Shown here one piece after another: positions 28,963-38,773 of a DNA stretch of 64,000 nucleotides (its first letter is position 1; each line of letters starts with the position of its first letter). The stretch covers positions 11,588 to 75,587 of the forward strand of contig JBMOMD010000033.1 in NCBI GenBank assembly GCA_049325295.1, given 5' to 3'. The translations under genes were made by a program, and so were the position numbers. The notes beneath the pieces were generated by a model. The model worked only from the letters and a program-made list of their open reading frames with translations. It was not told the origin of the DNA and did not search any database. The stretch is from Nitrospirota bacterium. GTDB lineage: Bacteria > Nitrospirota > Nitrospiria > 2-01-FULL-66-17.

Positions 28963-30258
28963 ATGCCCGCTGTCGTCGTGATTGGAACCCAATGGGGAGA
29001 CGAGGGGAAGGGGAAGATCGTGGACCTGCTCTCTCCGGAGGCGGACGTGATCGTGAGGTTTCAGGGCGGACACAACGCGGGGCACACCGTGGTCGTGGAC
29101 AATGAGCAGTTCGTGCTCCATTTGGTGCCCTCGGGAATCCTCCACGCCGGCCGGACGTGCGTCATCGGCAACGGCGTGGTCATCGATCCCGCGGCGCTGT
29201 TGGAAGAAGTCGACGGTCTGGTCGGGCGAGGCGTGGATCTGACCGGGCGGTTGTTCGTCAGCGACCGGGCGCACTTGATCATGCCGTACCACAAAGCCAT
29301 CGACAAAGAGAGCGAGAAACATAAAGGCGCCAGGAAGATCGGCACGACCGGTCGGGGCATCGGTCCCGCCTACGCCGACAAGATGGCGCGCGTCGGGCTG
29401 CGCATCGCGGATCTCTCCGACGCGGACGTTTTTCGCCAGAAATTGACGCGCAGCTTGACCGATATGAACTATCTGTTGGGTCGCTTGTACGGGGTGAAGG
29501 GGTTTGAACTCGACGCGGTGTGCGAGGCCTATCTCGGCTACGCGGAGCGCTTGCGACCGTATATCGTCGATACGTCGGAGTTGATTCACGACGCGATCGC
29601 GTCGGGGCAACGGGTGTTATTCGAAGGCGCGCAGGGCACATTGCTCGACGTCGACCACGGCACGTACCCCTTTGTCACGTCATCAAGCGCCACGGTGGGC
29701 GGAGCGGTCATCGGAAGCGGGGTGGGACCCGCCGGGATCACTCGGGTGCTCGGCGTGGCCAAAGCGTATTCGACCCGCGTGGGCGAAGGACCGTTTCCCA
29801 CCGAACTCCATGATGACCGCGGGGGCGCGGAGCTGCGGGCGCGCGGCCAGGAATTCGGCGCGACCACCGGGCGGCCGCGCCGATGCGGCTGGTTCGACGC
29901 CGTGGTGGTGCGGTACGCCGTCCGGTTGAACGGGCTCTCGGGGTTGGCGATCACCAAGTTGGACGTGTTGGACGACTGCGGCGACCTCAAGGTGTGCACC
30001 GGGTACCGTCTGAACGGCCGAACGGTGACCAATGTGCCCGCGGTGCCGGAACATTACGAACAGTGCGAGCCGATCTACGAAACCCTTTCCGGGTGGAAAG
30101 AACCGACCGTCGGGGTCACGCGGTACGACGACTTGCCCGTGAACGCGAAGCGGTACCTGGAGCGATTGTCCGATCTGGTGAAGTGTCCGGTCGACATCGT
30201 CTCCACGGGGTCGAAACGGGATCAGACGATCATCCGTCGGCGCGCGTTCACGGCTTGA
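28963..30258 (+). CDS. purA: Adenylosuccinate synthetase
   Basis: 'VVIGTQWGDEGKGKIVD', 'GGHNAGHTV', 'TTGRGIGP'. Confidence 0.9.
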   Translation: MPAVVVIGTQWGDEGKGKIVDLLSPEADVIVRFQGGHNAGHTVVVDNEQFVLHLVPSGILHAGRTCVIGNGVVIDPAALLEEVDGLVGRGVDLTGRLFVSDRAHLIMPYHKAIDKESEKHKGARKIGTTGRGIGPAYADKMARVGLRIADLSDADVFRQKLTRSLTDMNYLLGRLYGVKGFELDAVCEAYLGYAERLRPYIVDTSELIHDAIASGQRVLFEGAQGTLLDVDHGTYPFVTSSSATVGGAVIGSGVGPAGITRVLGVAKAYSTRVGEGPFPTELHDDRGGAELRARGQEFGATTGRPRRCGWFDAVVVRYAVRLNGLSGLAITKLDVLDDCGDLKVCTGYRLNGRTVTNVPAVPEHYEQCEPIYETLSGWKEPTVGVTRYDDLPVNAKRYLERLSDLVKCPVDIVSTGSKRDQTIIRRRAFTA

Positions 30259-30304
30259 CAGCGCGAACGCGCCTCTGATACGATCCGCCGCCTTTACGGA
30301 GTGT

Positions 30305-30380
30305 GAGCCGCTAGCTCAGTTGGTAGAGCACCGCCCTTTTAAGGCGGGTGTCCTGGGTTCGAGGCCCAGGCGGCTCACCA
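30305..30380 (+). tRNA. tRNA-Lys (anticodon TTT)
   Basis: Acceptor stem GAGCCGC/GCGGCTC, D-arm GCTCAGTTGGTAGAGC, anticodon loop CTTTTAA, T-arm GGTTCGAGG, 3' CCA. Confidence 0.85.
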
Positions 30381-30470
30381 AATTTACAGCAGGACAAGAT
30401 CCTCTCCGAGCCTCGCGCCGGGAAATCGGGCGCTACGTTTGGCTCCGCAAGCGAGGTTGCGTCCCCATCG

Positions 30471-30548
30471 TCTAGCCCGGCCTAGGACACCGCCCTTTCA
30501 CGGCGATAACACGGGTTCAAATCCCGTTGGGGACACCACGTCTCTCCG
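30471..30548 (+). tRNA. tRNA-Glu (anticodon TTC)
   Basis: Acceptor GTCCCCA/TGGGGAC, anticodon loop CTTTCAC, T-arm ACGGGTTCAAATCCCGT, 3' CCA; resembles bacterial tRNA-Glu. Confidence 0.8.
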
Positions 30549-30647
30549 AGACCCCGCCAGCGTTCCTCCACGCCACGCGCCTCCCCCATACGAGGGATAG
30601 CCTTTCCCCCGTCGATGTGGTCAAAGTAAGATCAATGGAAAGTGAAG

Positions 30648-31325
30648 TTATTCGCCCGGCGTTGACGCGTTGGCCAACACCGCGGACACCACGGCGGAGC
30701 GGGTGTGGACGCCCATTTTTTGGTAGATCTGTTTGAGATATCCTTTCACCGTGAGGTCGCTGATCAACAAACGCGCGGCGATTTCCTTGTTGGTGTCGCC
30801 GCGGCACAGGCATTTGATCACGTCCATCTCCCGGTCGGACAGGTTGAGGTGTTCCTTGATGAGGTGTATGTCCACGACGCGCTCATGCCCGCCGGTGGAC
30901 GGGACGGTCAATCGGGTTTGCGCGCGGAGGGCGCGTTTCTTCAGCGCCAGATGAACGGCTTCCACCAGGTTGGGAAGATCGTCTTTGGATTTTTCGACGT
31001 AGTCGAACGCCCCCGCGTGACGAAGGGATTGCACCGCGGTGTCAAACGAGGCTTTGCCGGTGAGCATGATCACGACCAGTTCGGGGTCAAGGCGTTTGGC
31101 TTCTTTCAGGACGTCGAGTCCGCCGACTTTGGGGAGGTGGATGTCGAGGATCGCGACTCCGAATCGGGCGGCCGGTTCGCGCAAATGATCCAAGGCCGCT
31201 TGGCCGTCCCGTGCGACCACGAGCGGGTTAGGCACCGCGCCGTGCGCAAGCGACCGGCGAATAATTTCAACGTCCGCCGGGTTGTCTTCAGCGAGCAGGA
31301 TACCGATTGTGGCGTCGTCCATCAA
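30648..31325 (-). CDS. Response regulator, NarL/FixJ (LuxR) family
   Basis: REC domain ('IGILLAEDN..VAILDIHLPKVGG') plus LuxR HTH ('DREMDVIKCLCRGDTNKEIAARLLISDLTVKGYLKQIYQKMGV'). Confidence 0.85.
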   Translation of the reverse strand: MMDDATIGILLAEDNPADVEIIRRSLAHGAVPNPLVVARDGQAALDHLREPAARFGVAILDIHLPKVGGLDVLKEAKRLDPELVVIMLTGKASFDTAVQSLRHAGAFDYVEKSKDDLPNLVEAVHLALKKRALRAQTRLTVPSTGGHERVVDIHLIKEHLNLSDREMDVIKCLCRGDTNKEIAARLLISDLTVKGYLKQIYQKMGVHTRSAVVSAVLANASTPGE

Positions 31326-31388
31326 TGGATGTCGAGGGGAGGATGTGATCCCACAATGGTGAGGCCATTATAACGAGGAGATTTTGGG

Positions 31389-32546
31389 TTGGTCAATGAA
31401 CCATCGAAAACGGGGGCGTCCGACGCGGCCGGGGCGATGCAGGCGGCGCACGCCGACGCCTTGTTCCGCGGGTTGCTCGAAGCCGCGCCGGACGCGATTG
31501 TGTTGGTGGACGGAACGGGACGGATCACGTTGGTCAACGCCCAAACCGAAGCATTGTTCGGGTATCGGCGGGACGAACTGGTGGGACAACCGGTTGAACG
31601 GTTGGTCCCGGACCGCGCGCGTGAACGGCACATCACGCAGCGCGGCCGATACCAGTCGAAACCCGCGACCCGCCCGATGGGCGCGGGCCTCGAACTCGCG
31701 GGTCGCCGCAAGGACGGCAGCGAGTTTCCGGTGGAGATCAGCTTGAGTCCGATGCCGACGCCCGAGGGCACGCTGGTCATCAGCATCATCAGGGACGTGA
31801 CGGAGCAGCGGCGGGTGGCGGAAGCGCTCCGCTTGCAGAGCCGGCGTCTCGAAGAGAAGGTCCGGGAAATGGACGACTTCACCCACGTGGTGTCGCACGA
31901 TCTGAAGGAGCCGCTGCGGGGCATCGAGGCCTTTGCCGGATTTCTGTTGGAAGACTACAGCGATCGATTGGATGAGCAGGGCAAGCGGTATCTGGGATTT
32001 CTCAAACAGTCCGCGGTTCGGATGAAGGATCTCATCCACGACCTCCTGACGTTGGCGTCGCTGTCGCGCAAAGCGCCGGCGCTGCAGCCGGTCGATTTGA
32101 ATCAGGTCGTCAGCCGGGTGGTGCGTGACCTGGAGTACTCGATCAGGAGTAAACATGCCGAGGTCAGGACCGTCGGGACGCTGCCGACCGTGACCGGCGA
32201 TCCCACGCAGCTCGGCGAACTGTTCAAGAACCTGGTGTCGAACGGGGTGAAATTCAACGTCAGCGAGCGGCCCGCCGTGACGATTTCCGCGTCGGAGGAC
32301 GGCGGGTTCGCGCGCATCAAAGTGGCGGACAACGGCATCGGCATCGACCCGCGGTACCACGACCGCATCTTCGACCTGTTCGAGCGGTTGCACCCGCAGG
32401 AGGAGTTCGAGGGGACCGGAGCGGGGCTGGCGATCTGCAAGAAGATCGTCGAGGGATACGGCGGGAAGATGTGGGTGGAGTCCGAACGCGGCAAAGGCAG
32501 CACGTTCGTCTTGACGCTTCCCACGGCGGAGAAAGGTCGTTCATGA
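31389..32546 (+). CDS. PAS-domain sensor histidine kinase
   Basis: PAS ('ALFRGLLEAAPDAIVLVDGTGRI'), HisKA 'VVSHDLKEPLRGI', HATPase 'GTGAGLAICKKIVEGYGG'. Confidence 0.8.
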   Translation: MVNEPSKTGASDAAGAMQAAHADALFRGLLEAAPDAIVLVDGTGRITLVNAQTEALFGYRRDELVGQPVERLVPDRARERHITQRGRYQSKPATRPMGAGLELAGRRKDGSEFPVEISLSPMPTPEGTLVISIIRDVTEQRRVAEALRLQSRRLEEKVREMDDFTHVVSHDLKEPLRGIEAFAGFLLEDYSDRLDEQGKRYLGFLKQSAVRMKDLIHDLLTLASLSRKAPALQPVDLNQVVSRVVRDLEYSIRSKHAEVRTVGTLPTVTGDPTQLGELFKNLVSNGVKFNVSERPAVTISASEDGGFARIKVADNGIGIDPRYHDRIFDLFERLHPQEEFEGTGAGLAICKKIVEGYGGKMWVESERGKGSTFVLTLPTAEKGRS

Positions 32547-32998
32547 CCACGGATGTTCGTCCGGTCACGATCCTCCTGGTGGAGGACAATCTTCAGGACA
32601 TCGAGATCACCAAACGCGCGTTTGCCAAGGGACGGGTTCGCAACGACTTGCTCGTGGTGCGCGACGGCGAAGAGGCGCTCGATTACCTCTACCGTCGCGG
32701 AAAGTTTCAGGACCCGGCGTCGTCCCCGCGTCCGGGCATGATCCTACTGGACCTCAATCTGCCCAAGGTGGGCGGGTTGGAGGTGCTGCAGCGGATCAAG
32801 CAGGACGACTCGCTCAAGAGCATTCCGGTCATCGTGCTCACGGTGTCCCAGCGGGAGCAGGATGTCGTCCGGAGCTATGATCTGGGCGTGAACACCTACA
32901 TCCAGAAGCCCGTGGAGTTCGAAAACTTCATGCGCGTCGTCAACACTGTGCACGAGTACTGGGTGCTCATCGCCACGCTTCCGCCTCCCGTGAACTGA
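32543..32998 (+). CDS. Single-domain response regulator (CheY-like)
   Basis: 'VTILLVEDNLQDIEI..PGMILLDLNLPKVGGLEVL'; ATG overlaps kinase stop (ATGA). Confidence 0.8.
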   Translation: MTTDVRPVTILLVEDNLQDIEITKRAFAKGRVRNDLLVVRDGEEALDYLYRRGKFQDPASSPRPGMILLDLNLPKVGGLEVLQRIKQDDSLKSIPVIVLTVSQREQDVVRSYDLGVNTYIQKPVEFENFMRVVNTVHEYWVLIATLPPPVN

Positions 32999-33124
32999 CC
33001 GCGCCGTCGCCGCTCCCGCTCAAGGGTCGCTCGTTGCGATCAGTCCATCTCATCCGTCCGGCTGGGCTCCGATGACCCGCGCGGGTCATGGCTGTTTGAC
33101 CGCCAGGTGTGATACATAACTCGG

Positions 33125-34501
33125 GTGATGCCGTCAGATGCCATACGGGTCACGTTCCTGGGAGCCACGGGAACCGTCACGGGCTCCAAGTTCCTGGTCC
33201 AGGCGGCTCGCCGCCGGATCCTGGTGGACTGCGGACTCTTCCAAGGGTTCAAACAACTCAGACTGCGCAACTGGACGCCGCTGCCGGTCAATCCCGCGTC
33301 GATTCACGCGGTGGTCTTGACGCACGCGCACCTGGACCACAGCGGCTATTTGCCGGTGTTGATCAAACAGGGCTTCGCGGGCCCGGTGTTCTGCACCGAG
33401 GGCACGCGGGATCTGTGCCGGATTCTGCTCCCGGACAGCGGTTTTCTTCAGGAGGAAGAGGCCGAGTACGCGGCCCGACACGGGTATTCCAAGCACGAGA
33501 AGCCGCTCCCGCTCTACACGCGCCTGGAAGCGGAGCGCGCGTTGACCCGTTTGGTGCCGATCGAGTCCGGCAAGGCGCACGACGCGGGGAGCGGCCTGAC
33601 CGTGCGGCTCGACCCTTCCGGGCATTTGTTGGGGGCCTCCTTCGTATCCATGCACGTCGGCGAAACCTCGCTCACCTTCACCGGAGACTTGGGTCGGCCT
33701 CACGACCCGATCATGCGGCCGCCGGTCGCGATCGAGACCGCGGACTACCTGGTATTGGAGTCGACGTACGGCGACCGGCGCCACGATCCCGCCGATCCCG
33801 AGGACGTGTTGGCCGAGGTCATCACGCGGACCGCGGCGCGCGGCGGGGTGCTCATCATTCCCGCGTTCGCGGTGGGGCGCGCCCAGACGGTCCTCTATTA
33901 CATCGAGCGGCTGAAAACCGCCAAGCGAATTCCCGACATCCCGGTGTTTTTGAACAGCCCGATGGCCGTGGACGCCACGACCATTTACCTGGCCGCGCAT
34001 CGTGAACACCGTCTGACCGAGGAGCAGTGCCGGGCCGTCGGTCGGGCCGCGCGGTTCGTGACCGACGTGGACGCGTCCAAACGCCTCAATACCATGGACG
34101 GCCCCATGATCATCGTGTCGGCCAGCGGCATGGCCACCGGCGGGCGCGTGATCCACCACCTCAAGGCGTTCGCGCCCGATCCCAAGAACACCATCCTGTT
34201 CGTCGGCTACCAGGTTCCGGGGACGCGCGGCGCGACCCTGGTCGCGGGCGCGCGATCGGTCAAGATCCACGGGGAGTACGTGTCGGTCAACGCGGAGGTG
34301 GTGGCGATGAACAACGTCTCGGCGCACGCCGACGCGGACGAGATCATGGCCTGGCTCACGCAGTTTCGTCGTCCGCCGCGCCGCACGTTCCTGACGCACG
34401 GGGAACCCGGGGCCGCCGACGCGTTGCGCCATCGCATCGAAGAGACCCTCGGCTGGGACGTGCGGGTGCCCGAGTACCGCGAGGTGGCGCGCCTGACATG
34501 A
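33125..34501 (+). CDS. MBL-fold metallo-hydrolase, beta-CASP ribonuclease family (RNase J / CPSF-like)
   Basis: 'VVLTHAHLDHSGYLP', 'ESTYGDRRH', beta-CASP motifs 'IIPAFAVGRAQ' and 'AHAD'. Confidence 0.8.
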   Translation: MMPSDAIRVTFLGATGTVTGSKFLVQAARRRILVDCGLFQGFKQLRLRNWTPLPVNPASIHAVVLTHAHLDHSGYLPVLIKQGFAGPVFCTEGTRDLCRILLPDSGFLQEEEAEYAARHGYSKHEKPLPLYTRLEAERALTRLVPIESGKAHDAGSGLTVRLDPSGHLLGASFVSMHVGETSLTFTGDLGRPHDPIMRPPVAIETADYLVLESTYGDRRHDPADPEDVLAEVITRTAARGGVLIIPAFAVGRAQTVLYYIERLKTAKRIPDIPVFLNSPMAVDATTIYLAAHREHRLTEEQCRAVGRAARFVTDVDASKRLNTMDGPMIIVSASGMATGGRVIHHLKAFAPDPKNTILFVGYQVPGTRGATLVAGARSVKIHGEYVSVNAEVVAMNNVSAHADADEIMAWLTQFRRPPRRTFLTHGEPGAADALRHRIEETLGWDVRVPEYREVARLT

Positions 34502-36027
34502 TCCACATCGATCGGCCGCCGACGCCGGAACGCCGGTTGCGGATCAAGCGCATGGGCATCGACACGTACCAGGAGCCGGTGATCTACATGCGCCAGGACT
34601 GCGAGGTGTGCCGATCCGAGGGGTTCGAAGCGCAGTCGCGCGTGGAGATTCGTCGCGACGGCCGTCCCATCGTGGCGACGTTGAACGTGGTGACGTCGGA
34701 TCTCTTGGCGCCGGACGAGGCCGGCTTGTCCGAATCCGCCTGGCGTCTGCTGGGCGCGGTGCCCGGGGATTCGATCTCCGTGCGGCACCCGCCGCCGCTC
34801 GAATCGCTCGGCTACGTGCGCGCCAAGGTGCACGGGAAACGGTTGGACGCGGCCGCCATCACCGCCATCGTGCGCGATATCGCGGCGGGCCGTTACGCGG
34901 ACGTGGAGCTGGCCGCGTTCCTGACCGCGGGCGCGGGGGCCGGGCTCGATCTCGATGAAAGCGTCGCGCTGACGCGGGCCATGATCGACGTGGGACGCCG
35001 GATCGACTGGGGTCAACGGCCGATCGCGGACAAACACAGCGTGGGGGGGATCCCCGGCAACCGCACCTCCCTGATCATCGTTCCGATCGTGGCGGCGTGC
35101 GGATTGATCATGCCCAAGACCTCGTCGCGCGCGATCACGTCGCCGGCCGGCACCGCGGACACGATGGAGACGCTGGCGCCGGTGACCCTGGATATCGCGA
35201 CCATGCGCAAGGTGGTGGCCAAGGAGGGCGGGTGCCTGGTGTGGGGCGGGTCGGTGCTGTTGAGCCCGGCCGACGACGTCCTCATCCGCGTGTCGCGGCC
35301 GCTCGACGTGGACGGCGAGGGCCAATTGGTGGCGTCGATCTTGTCGAAAAAAGCGGCCGCCGGGTCCACGCACGTGGTGGTGGATCTGCCGGTGGGGCCC
35401 ACCGCCAAGGTGCGGACCGCGGAGGGGGCGTACGCGCTCAGCGAACGCCTGACCCAGGTGGGCCGGGCGGTGGGGTTGGAGGTGCGGGTGGTCATCACCG
35501 ACGGCTCGCAGCCCGTGGGGCGCGGCCTCGGCCCCGCGCTCGAGGCGCGCGACGCGGTGGCGGTCCTGCGCGGCGAACTCGGCGCGCCGTCCTTCTTGCG
35601 TGATCGCGCGCTGGCGTTGTCCGGGTACGTGCTGGAATTGGCGGGCAAGGCCGAAGGGGGATCCGGGTACGCGATGGCCCGTGCCGCGCTGGACGACGGC
35701 CGCGCGTGGCGCAAGTTCGCCGCCATCTGCGAGGCCCAGGGCGGCATGCGCGAACCGCCCCGCGCGGGCCACACCTCGGTGGTGGCGGCGCGCCGGGCCG
35801 GGCGCGTGGCGGAAATCGACAACCGGCGCCTCGCGCGCATCGCCAAACTGTCGGGCGCGCCGCAAGCGCCGGCCGCGGGCATCGAACTGCACGTCTCGCT
35901 CGGCGCGCCGGTTGAGGTCGGTCAGCCGCTGCTGACGATCCACGCCGAAACCCCGGGTGAACTGGTGTATGCCTTGTCCTACGTGGCTGTACAAGCCGAC
36001 GTGATTCGCATCGAGGAGCCGGCGTGA
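34498..36027 (+). CDS. Thymidine phosphorylase family protein (AMP-phosphorylase-like 'putative thymidine phosphorylase')
   Basis: 'DKHSVGGIPGNRTSLIIVPIVAACG', 'SRAITSPAGTADTME'; ATG overlaps upstream stop (ATGA); remainder of track ORF 34027 is read-through. Confidence 0.8.
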   Translation: MIHIDRPPTPERRLRIKRMGIDTYQEPVIYMRQDCEVCRSEGFEAQSRVEIRRDGRPIVATLNVVTSDLLAPDEAGLSESAWRLLGAVPGDSISVRHPPPLESLGYVRAKVHGKRLDAAAITAIVRDIAAGRYADVELAAFLTAGAGAGLDLDESVALTRAMIDVGRRIDWGQRPIADKHSVGGIPGNRTSLIIVPIVAACGLIMPKTSSRAITSPAGTADTMETLAPVTLDIATMRKVVAKEGGCLVWGGSVLLSPADDVLIRVSRPLDVDGEGQLVASILSKKAAAGSTHVVVDLPVGPTAKVRTAEGAYALSERLTQVGRAVGLEVRVVITDGSQPVGRGLGPALEARDAVAVLRGELGAPSFLRDRALALSGYVLELAGKAEGGSGYAMARAALDDGRAWRKFAAICEAQGGMREPPRAGHTSVVAARRAGRVAEIDNRRLARIAKLSGAPQAPAAGIELHVSLGAPVEVGQPLLTIHAETPGELVYALSYVAVQADVIRIEEPA

Positions 36028-36920
36028 ATCCGGTGGTGGTGTCGCTCGGCCTGCCGGACATGGGGGCGCGCGTGGCGTCGGCGGTCGCCGGCGAAGACGC
36101 CAAGACCGTGGTCCGCCGGTTTCCGGACGGCGAAACGTACGTGCGATTCGAAACCGAGGTGCGGGATCGCGACGTGGTCATCGTGGCGGACCTCGCAGTG
36201 CCGGACGACAAGATCATCCCGTTGCTGTGGGTCGCGGCCACGGCCAAGGACCTGGGCGCGGCGCGCGTCGGATTGACGGCGCCGTATCTGCCGTACATGC
36301 GCCAAGACGCGCGGTTCCAGCCGGGAGAAGGCGTGACCTCGCGGTATTTTGCGCGCGTCATGTCTTCCCACGTGGATTGGCTGGTGACCGTGGATCCTCA
36401 TTTGCACCGGTATCGGTCGCTGGACGAGGTGTACGCGATTCCGAGCCGCGTGGTCAGCGCCGCGCCGGTGCTGGCCCGCTGGATCGAAGGCAACGTCCAG
36501 GAGCCCCTCTTGATCGGGCCGGATGCCGAGAGCGGCCAGTGGGTGCGGGCCGTGGCGGACGCGGTGGGCGCGCCCCACGTGGTGTTGACCAAGACGCGCG
36601 CGGGCGACCACGACGTCCGCGTGGAGGCGCCGAACCTGCGCGAGTACCGAAATCGCTCGCCGGTGATCATCGACGACGTCATTTCCACGGGATCAACCTT
36701 GGCGGAAGCCGCGCGGTTGGTTCGCGGCCAAGGTCTGGCCGCGCCCGTGTGTGTGGCGGTTCACGCGGTGTGTTCGGGAAACGCGTATGATCGGGTGATG
36801 GCGGCGGGGTGCCGGGCCGTGGCCACGTGCAACACCGTGCCCCATGCCAGCAACGCCATCGACGTGTCGGGGCCGCTGAGCGACGGCATCCGGAGTCTGT
36901 TGTCGGCGCCGCCTCGATGA
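36024..36920 (+). CDS. Ribose-phosphate pyrophosphokinase (Prs)-like phosphoribosyltransferase
   Basis: 'VRRFPDGETYVRF' and PRPP-binding 'VIIDDVISTGSTL'; GTG overlaps upstream stop (GTGA). Confidence 0.7.
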   Translation: MNPVVVSLGLPDMGARVASAVAGEDAKTVVRRFPDGETYVRFETEVRDRDVVIVADLAVPDDKIIPLLWVAATAKDLGAARVGLTAPYLPYMRQDARFQPGEGVTSRYFARVMSSHVDWLVTVDPHLHRYRSLDEVYAIPSRVVSAAPVLARWIEGNVQEPLLIGPDAESGQWVRAVADAVGAPHVVLTKTRAGDHDVRVEAPNLREYRNRSPVIIDDVISTGSTLAEAARLVRGQGLAAPVCVAVHAVCSGNAYDRVMAAGCRAVATCNTVPHASNAIDVSGPLSDGIRSLLSAPPR

Positions 36921-36953
36921 CTCGGTGACGCGGACGCGACGATCGACGTCAAC

Positions 36954-37412
36954 ATGGGAGGATCAACGGTGACCAAAGCGGTGTACGTCGTCGTGGCCGC
37001 GGCGATCATGCTCCTCGGGGCCTGTGATGCCAGAAAAGCGATTCGAAGCGTGACGTATCCACCGGACTTCCGTTACCTGGAAGAGGGGGACGTGACGTCC
37101 GCGATGTGGAGGCTGGCGCGTGACGTCCGGGCTCTCAAGGGGCTGCTGGGCGGGGCGAACGGATTGACACCGGACGCCCACCAGGAAGTGGTGCGCCTCC
37201 TTCGGGATATGGAATCAACCGCGGCGCGGCTCGACCCCGCGGGCCGCCGCAGCAACCACCCCCGCATCGACCGCAACATCGAAGCGTTCCGGCGCGATCT
37301 GTCCATGGCGCGCCAGGCCGCGGAGCGCGACCCGCCGAACTATTTTCTGGCCGGCAACGTGGCCGGCTCGTGCAGCTACTGCCACGAGGGACAGCGCGAG
37401 GACGCGCCGTAA
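36954..37412 (+). CDS. Lipoprotein cytochrome c (cytochrome c'-like, C-terminal CxxCH)
   Basis: Lipobox 'LLGAC'; helical body; single haem motif 'CSYCHEG' near the C-terminus as in class II cytochromes c. Confidence 0.5.
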   Translation: MGGSTVTKAVYVVVAAAIMLLGACDARKAIRSVTYPPDFRYLEEGDVTSAMWRLARDVRALKGLLGGANGLTPDAHQEVVRLLRDMESTAARLDPAGRRSNHPRIDRNIEAFRRDLSMARQAAERDPPNYFLAGNVAGSCSYCHEGQREDAP

Positions 37413-37432
37413 TAGCCGGTCAGGGCGGGGAG

Positions 37433-37765
37433 CTATGTCGCCATGCTGAACCGAGCCGACGAGAGGCGCTCGCCGCGGCACACCGGGCAGCGGCTGGGCC
37501 GGCTTAGGCGCTCGCGCTTGCGAAACACGAACCCGCAGCCCAGGCAGGCCGGCGGATCGACAACCAGTTTTGCGCCGGACTCCTTGAGCGTTCGCTCCAG
37601 ATGTTCGAGGTGCTGGAGCACCTCGCGCTCGGACACGCCAATCTCCCGCGACAAGTCCCTTGCGCTGTGAGGTCCTCGGGCCAACGCCTCGCGGATCAAC
37701 GACGGGATCGTCGCGGTCCGCTCGGGCGGGATGGGTTCGTGTTTGTCACGCGTCTGGTCGCGCAA
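37433..37765 (-). CDS. HTH transcriptional regulator with C-terminal zinc ribbon
   Basis: 'ARDLSREIGVSEREVLQHLEHL' HTH; 'CLGCG..CPVC' C-x2-C..C-x2-C ribbon. Confidence 0.5.
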   Translation of the reverse strand: MRDQTRDKHEPIPPERTATIPSLIREALARGPHSARDLSREIGVSEREVLQHLEHLERTLKESGAKLVVDPPACLGCGFVFRKRERLSRPSRCPVCRGERLSSARFSMAT

Positions 37766-38650
37766 TCAGACCCCGAGTCGAGACAAGTCGAGCCGACCTC
37801 CGGCGACGGGCGGGCACCAATAGTAGCCGCCGCTCACCGGCCGGGAGAACGAAAAGAGCGCGTCAACGATTCCGTCATCGAGGCCGACCATCCGGCGCAG
37901 CACGCGTTCATACCGGTCGAGGGACTCCACGTAGGCGATGAACTCCAGCCCCTGCTCGCGCGCCGTGGCCCACGGCATGGAGCGCCGCACCATGAACGCC
38001 GGCGGATCGTAGCTTTCCTGCGCGCTGCGCTTCACGTGCGCCGAGGGCGGTGCGTCGGCGATTTCGGCGTTCGTGTCGGCTCGCCGCCCCATCACTGCGT
38101 CGCGCGTGTCCGATGGAAACGAGCGAAACCGCCGTAAGTCGTGGGCCCACCGCTGAACCGCAACAAAACTCGAACCCTCCAGACCCTTTCCGGCCGGGAC
38201 GAGCGCCGCGCCAATGGCCGCCTCATCACGAGGATTCTCGGTGCCGTCCTCGTAGCCGGTAAGATCCTTCCCGCCCGCATAGGTAAAGGTGTCCAGTGCG
38301 TCATCGAGGATGAACGCCTCGTGGAGGAAGGACTGGATCCGTTCGGTCATATCGAATATCACGCCGCGATCGTGTCCCCGAAGCAAGACCCAGAGTCCCT
38401 GCTGCGTCGAGGGTACGCTGCAGCCGGATCCGGCGAGCCCGGGAAACACGCGGAGCCCCGGCACGTCCCGACCGAGCGCGCGCGCAACCGGCTCGCCCAC
38501 GCCGACAACGCCCCATTCAACGTCGAAGCCGTCGCGCAAGCGCTTCAACGCGGAACGCAGGTCACCGCCGGATGTCATTCGAAACGTCAGCGACCGCCCC
38601 AGGATCGGCGGGGCTGCAAGAATGCCGGGTTGCGCGAGGTCGATCTTCAT
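37766..38650 (-). CDS. Dyp-type peroxidase
   Basis: GxxDG motif 'TGYEDGTENP', 'FVAVQRWAHDL', DyP-like C-terminal half. Confidence 0.75.
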   Translation of the reverse strand: MKIDLAQPGILAAPPILGRSLTFRMTSGGDLRSALKRLRDGFDVEWGVVGVGEPVARALGRDVPGLRVFPGLAGSGCSVPSTQQGLWVLLRGHDRGVIFDMTERIQSFLHEAFILDDALDTFTYAGGKDLTGYEDGTENPRDEAAIGAALVPAGKGLEGSSFVAVQRWAHDLRRFRSFPSDTRDAVMGRRADTNAEIADAPPSAHVKRSAQESYDPPAFMVRRSMPWATAREQGLEFIAYVESLDRYERVLRRMVGLDDGIVDALFSFSRPVSGGYYWCPPVAGGRLDLSRLGV

Positions 38651-38773
38651 GGCGGTCTGTTCCTCGTCGTGTCCGAGTGATGACCCAGAGTACGGGTGCT
38701 CTCGTCAGGAATTCAAGCATCCAGAGACGTCGCTGCGCCTCGAATGTCCGCAGTCGACCGCGAGAGGATGACG

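Noticed and set aside
34207-35994. 595-aa minus-strand ORF (and 35013..35882, 35495..36361)
   Set aside because: Antisense shadow ORFs across the thymidine-phosphorylase-like gene; no motifs, extreme Arg/Ala/Pro content.
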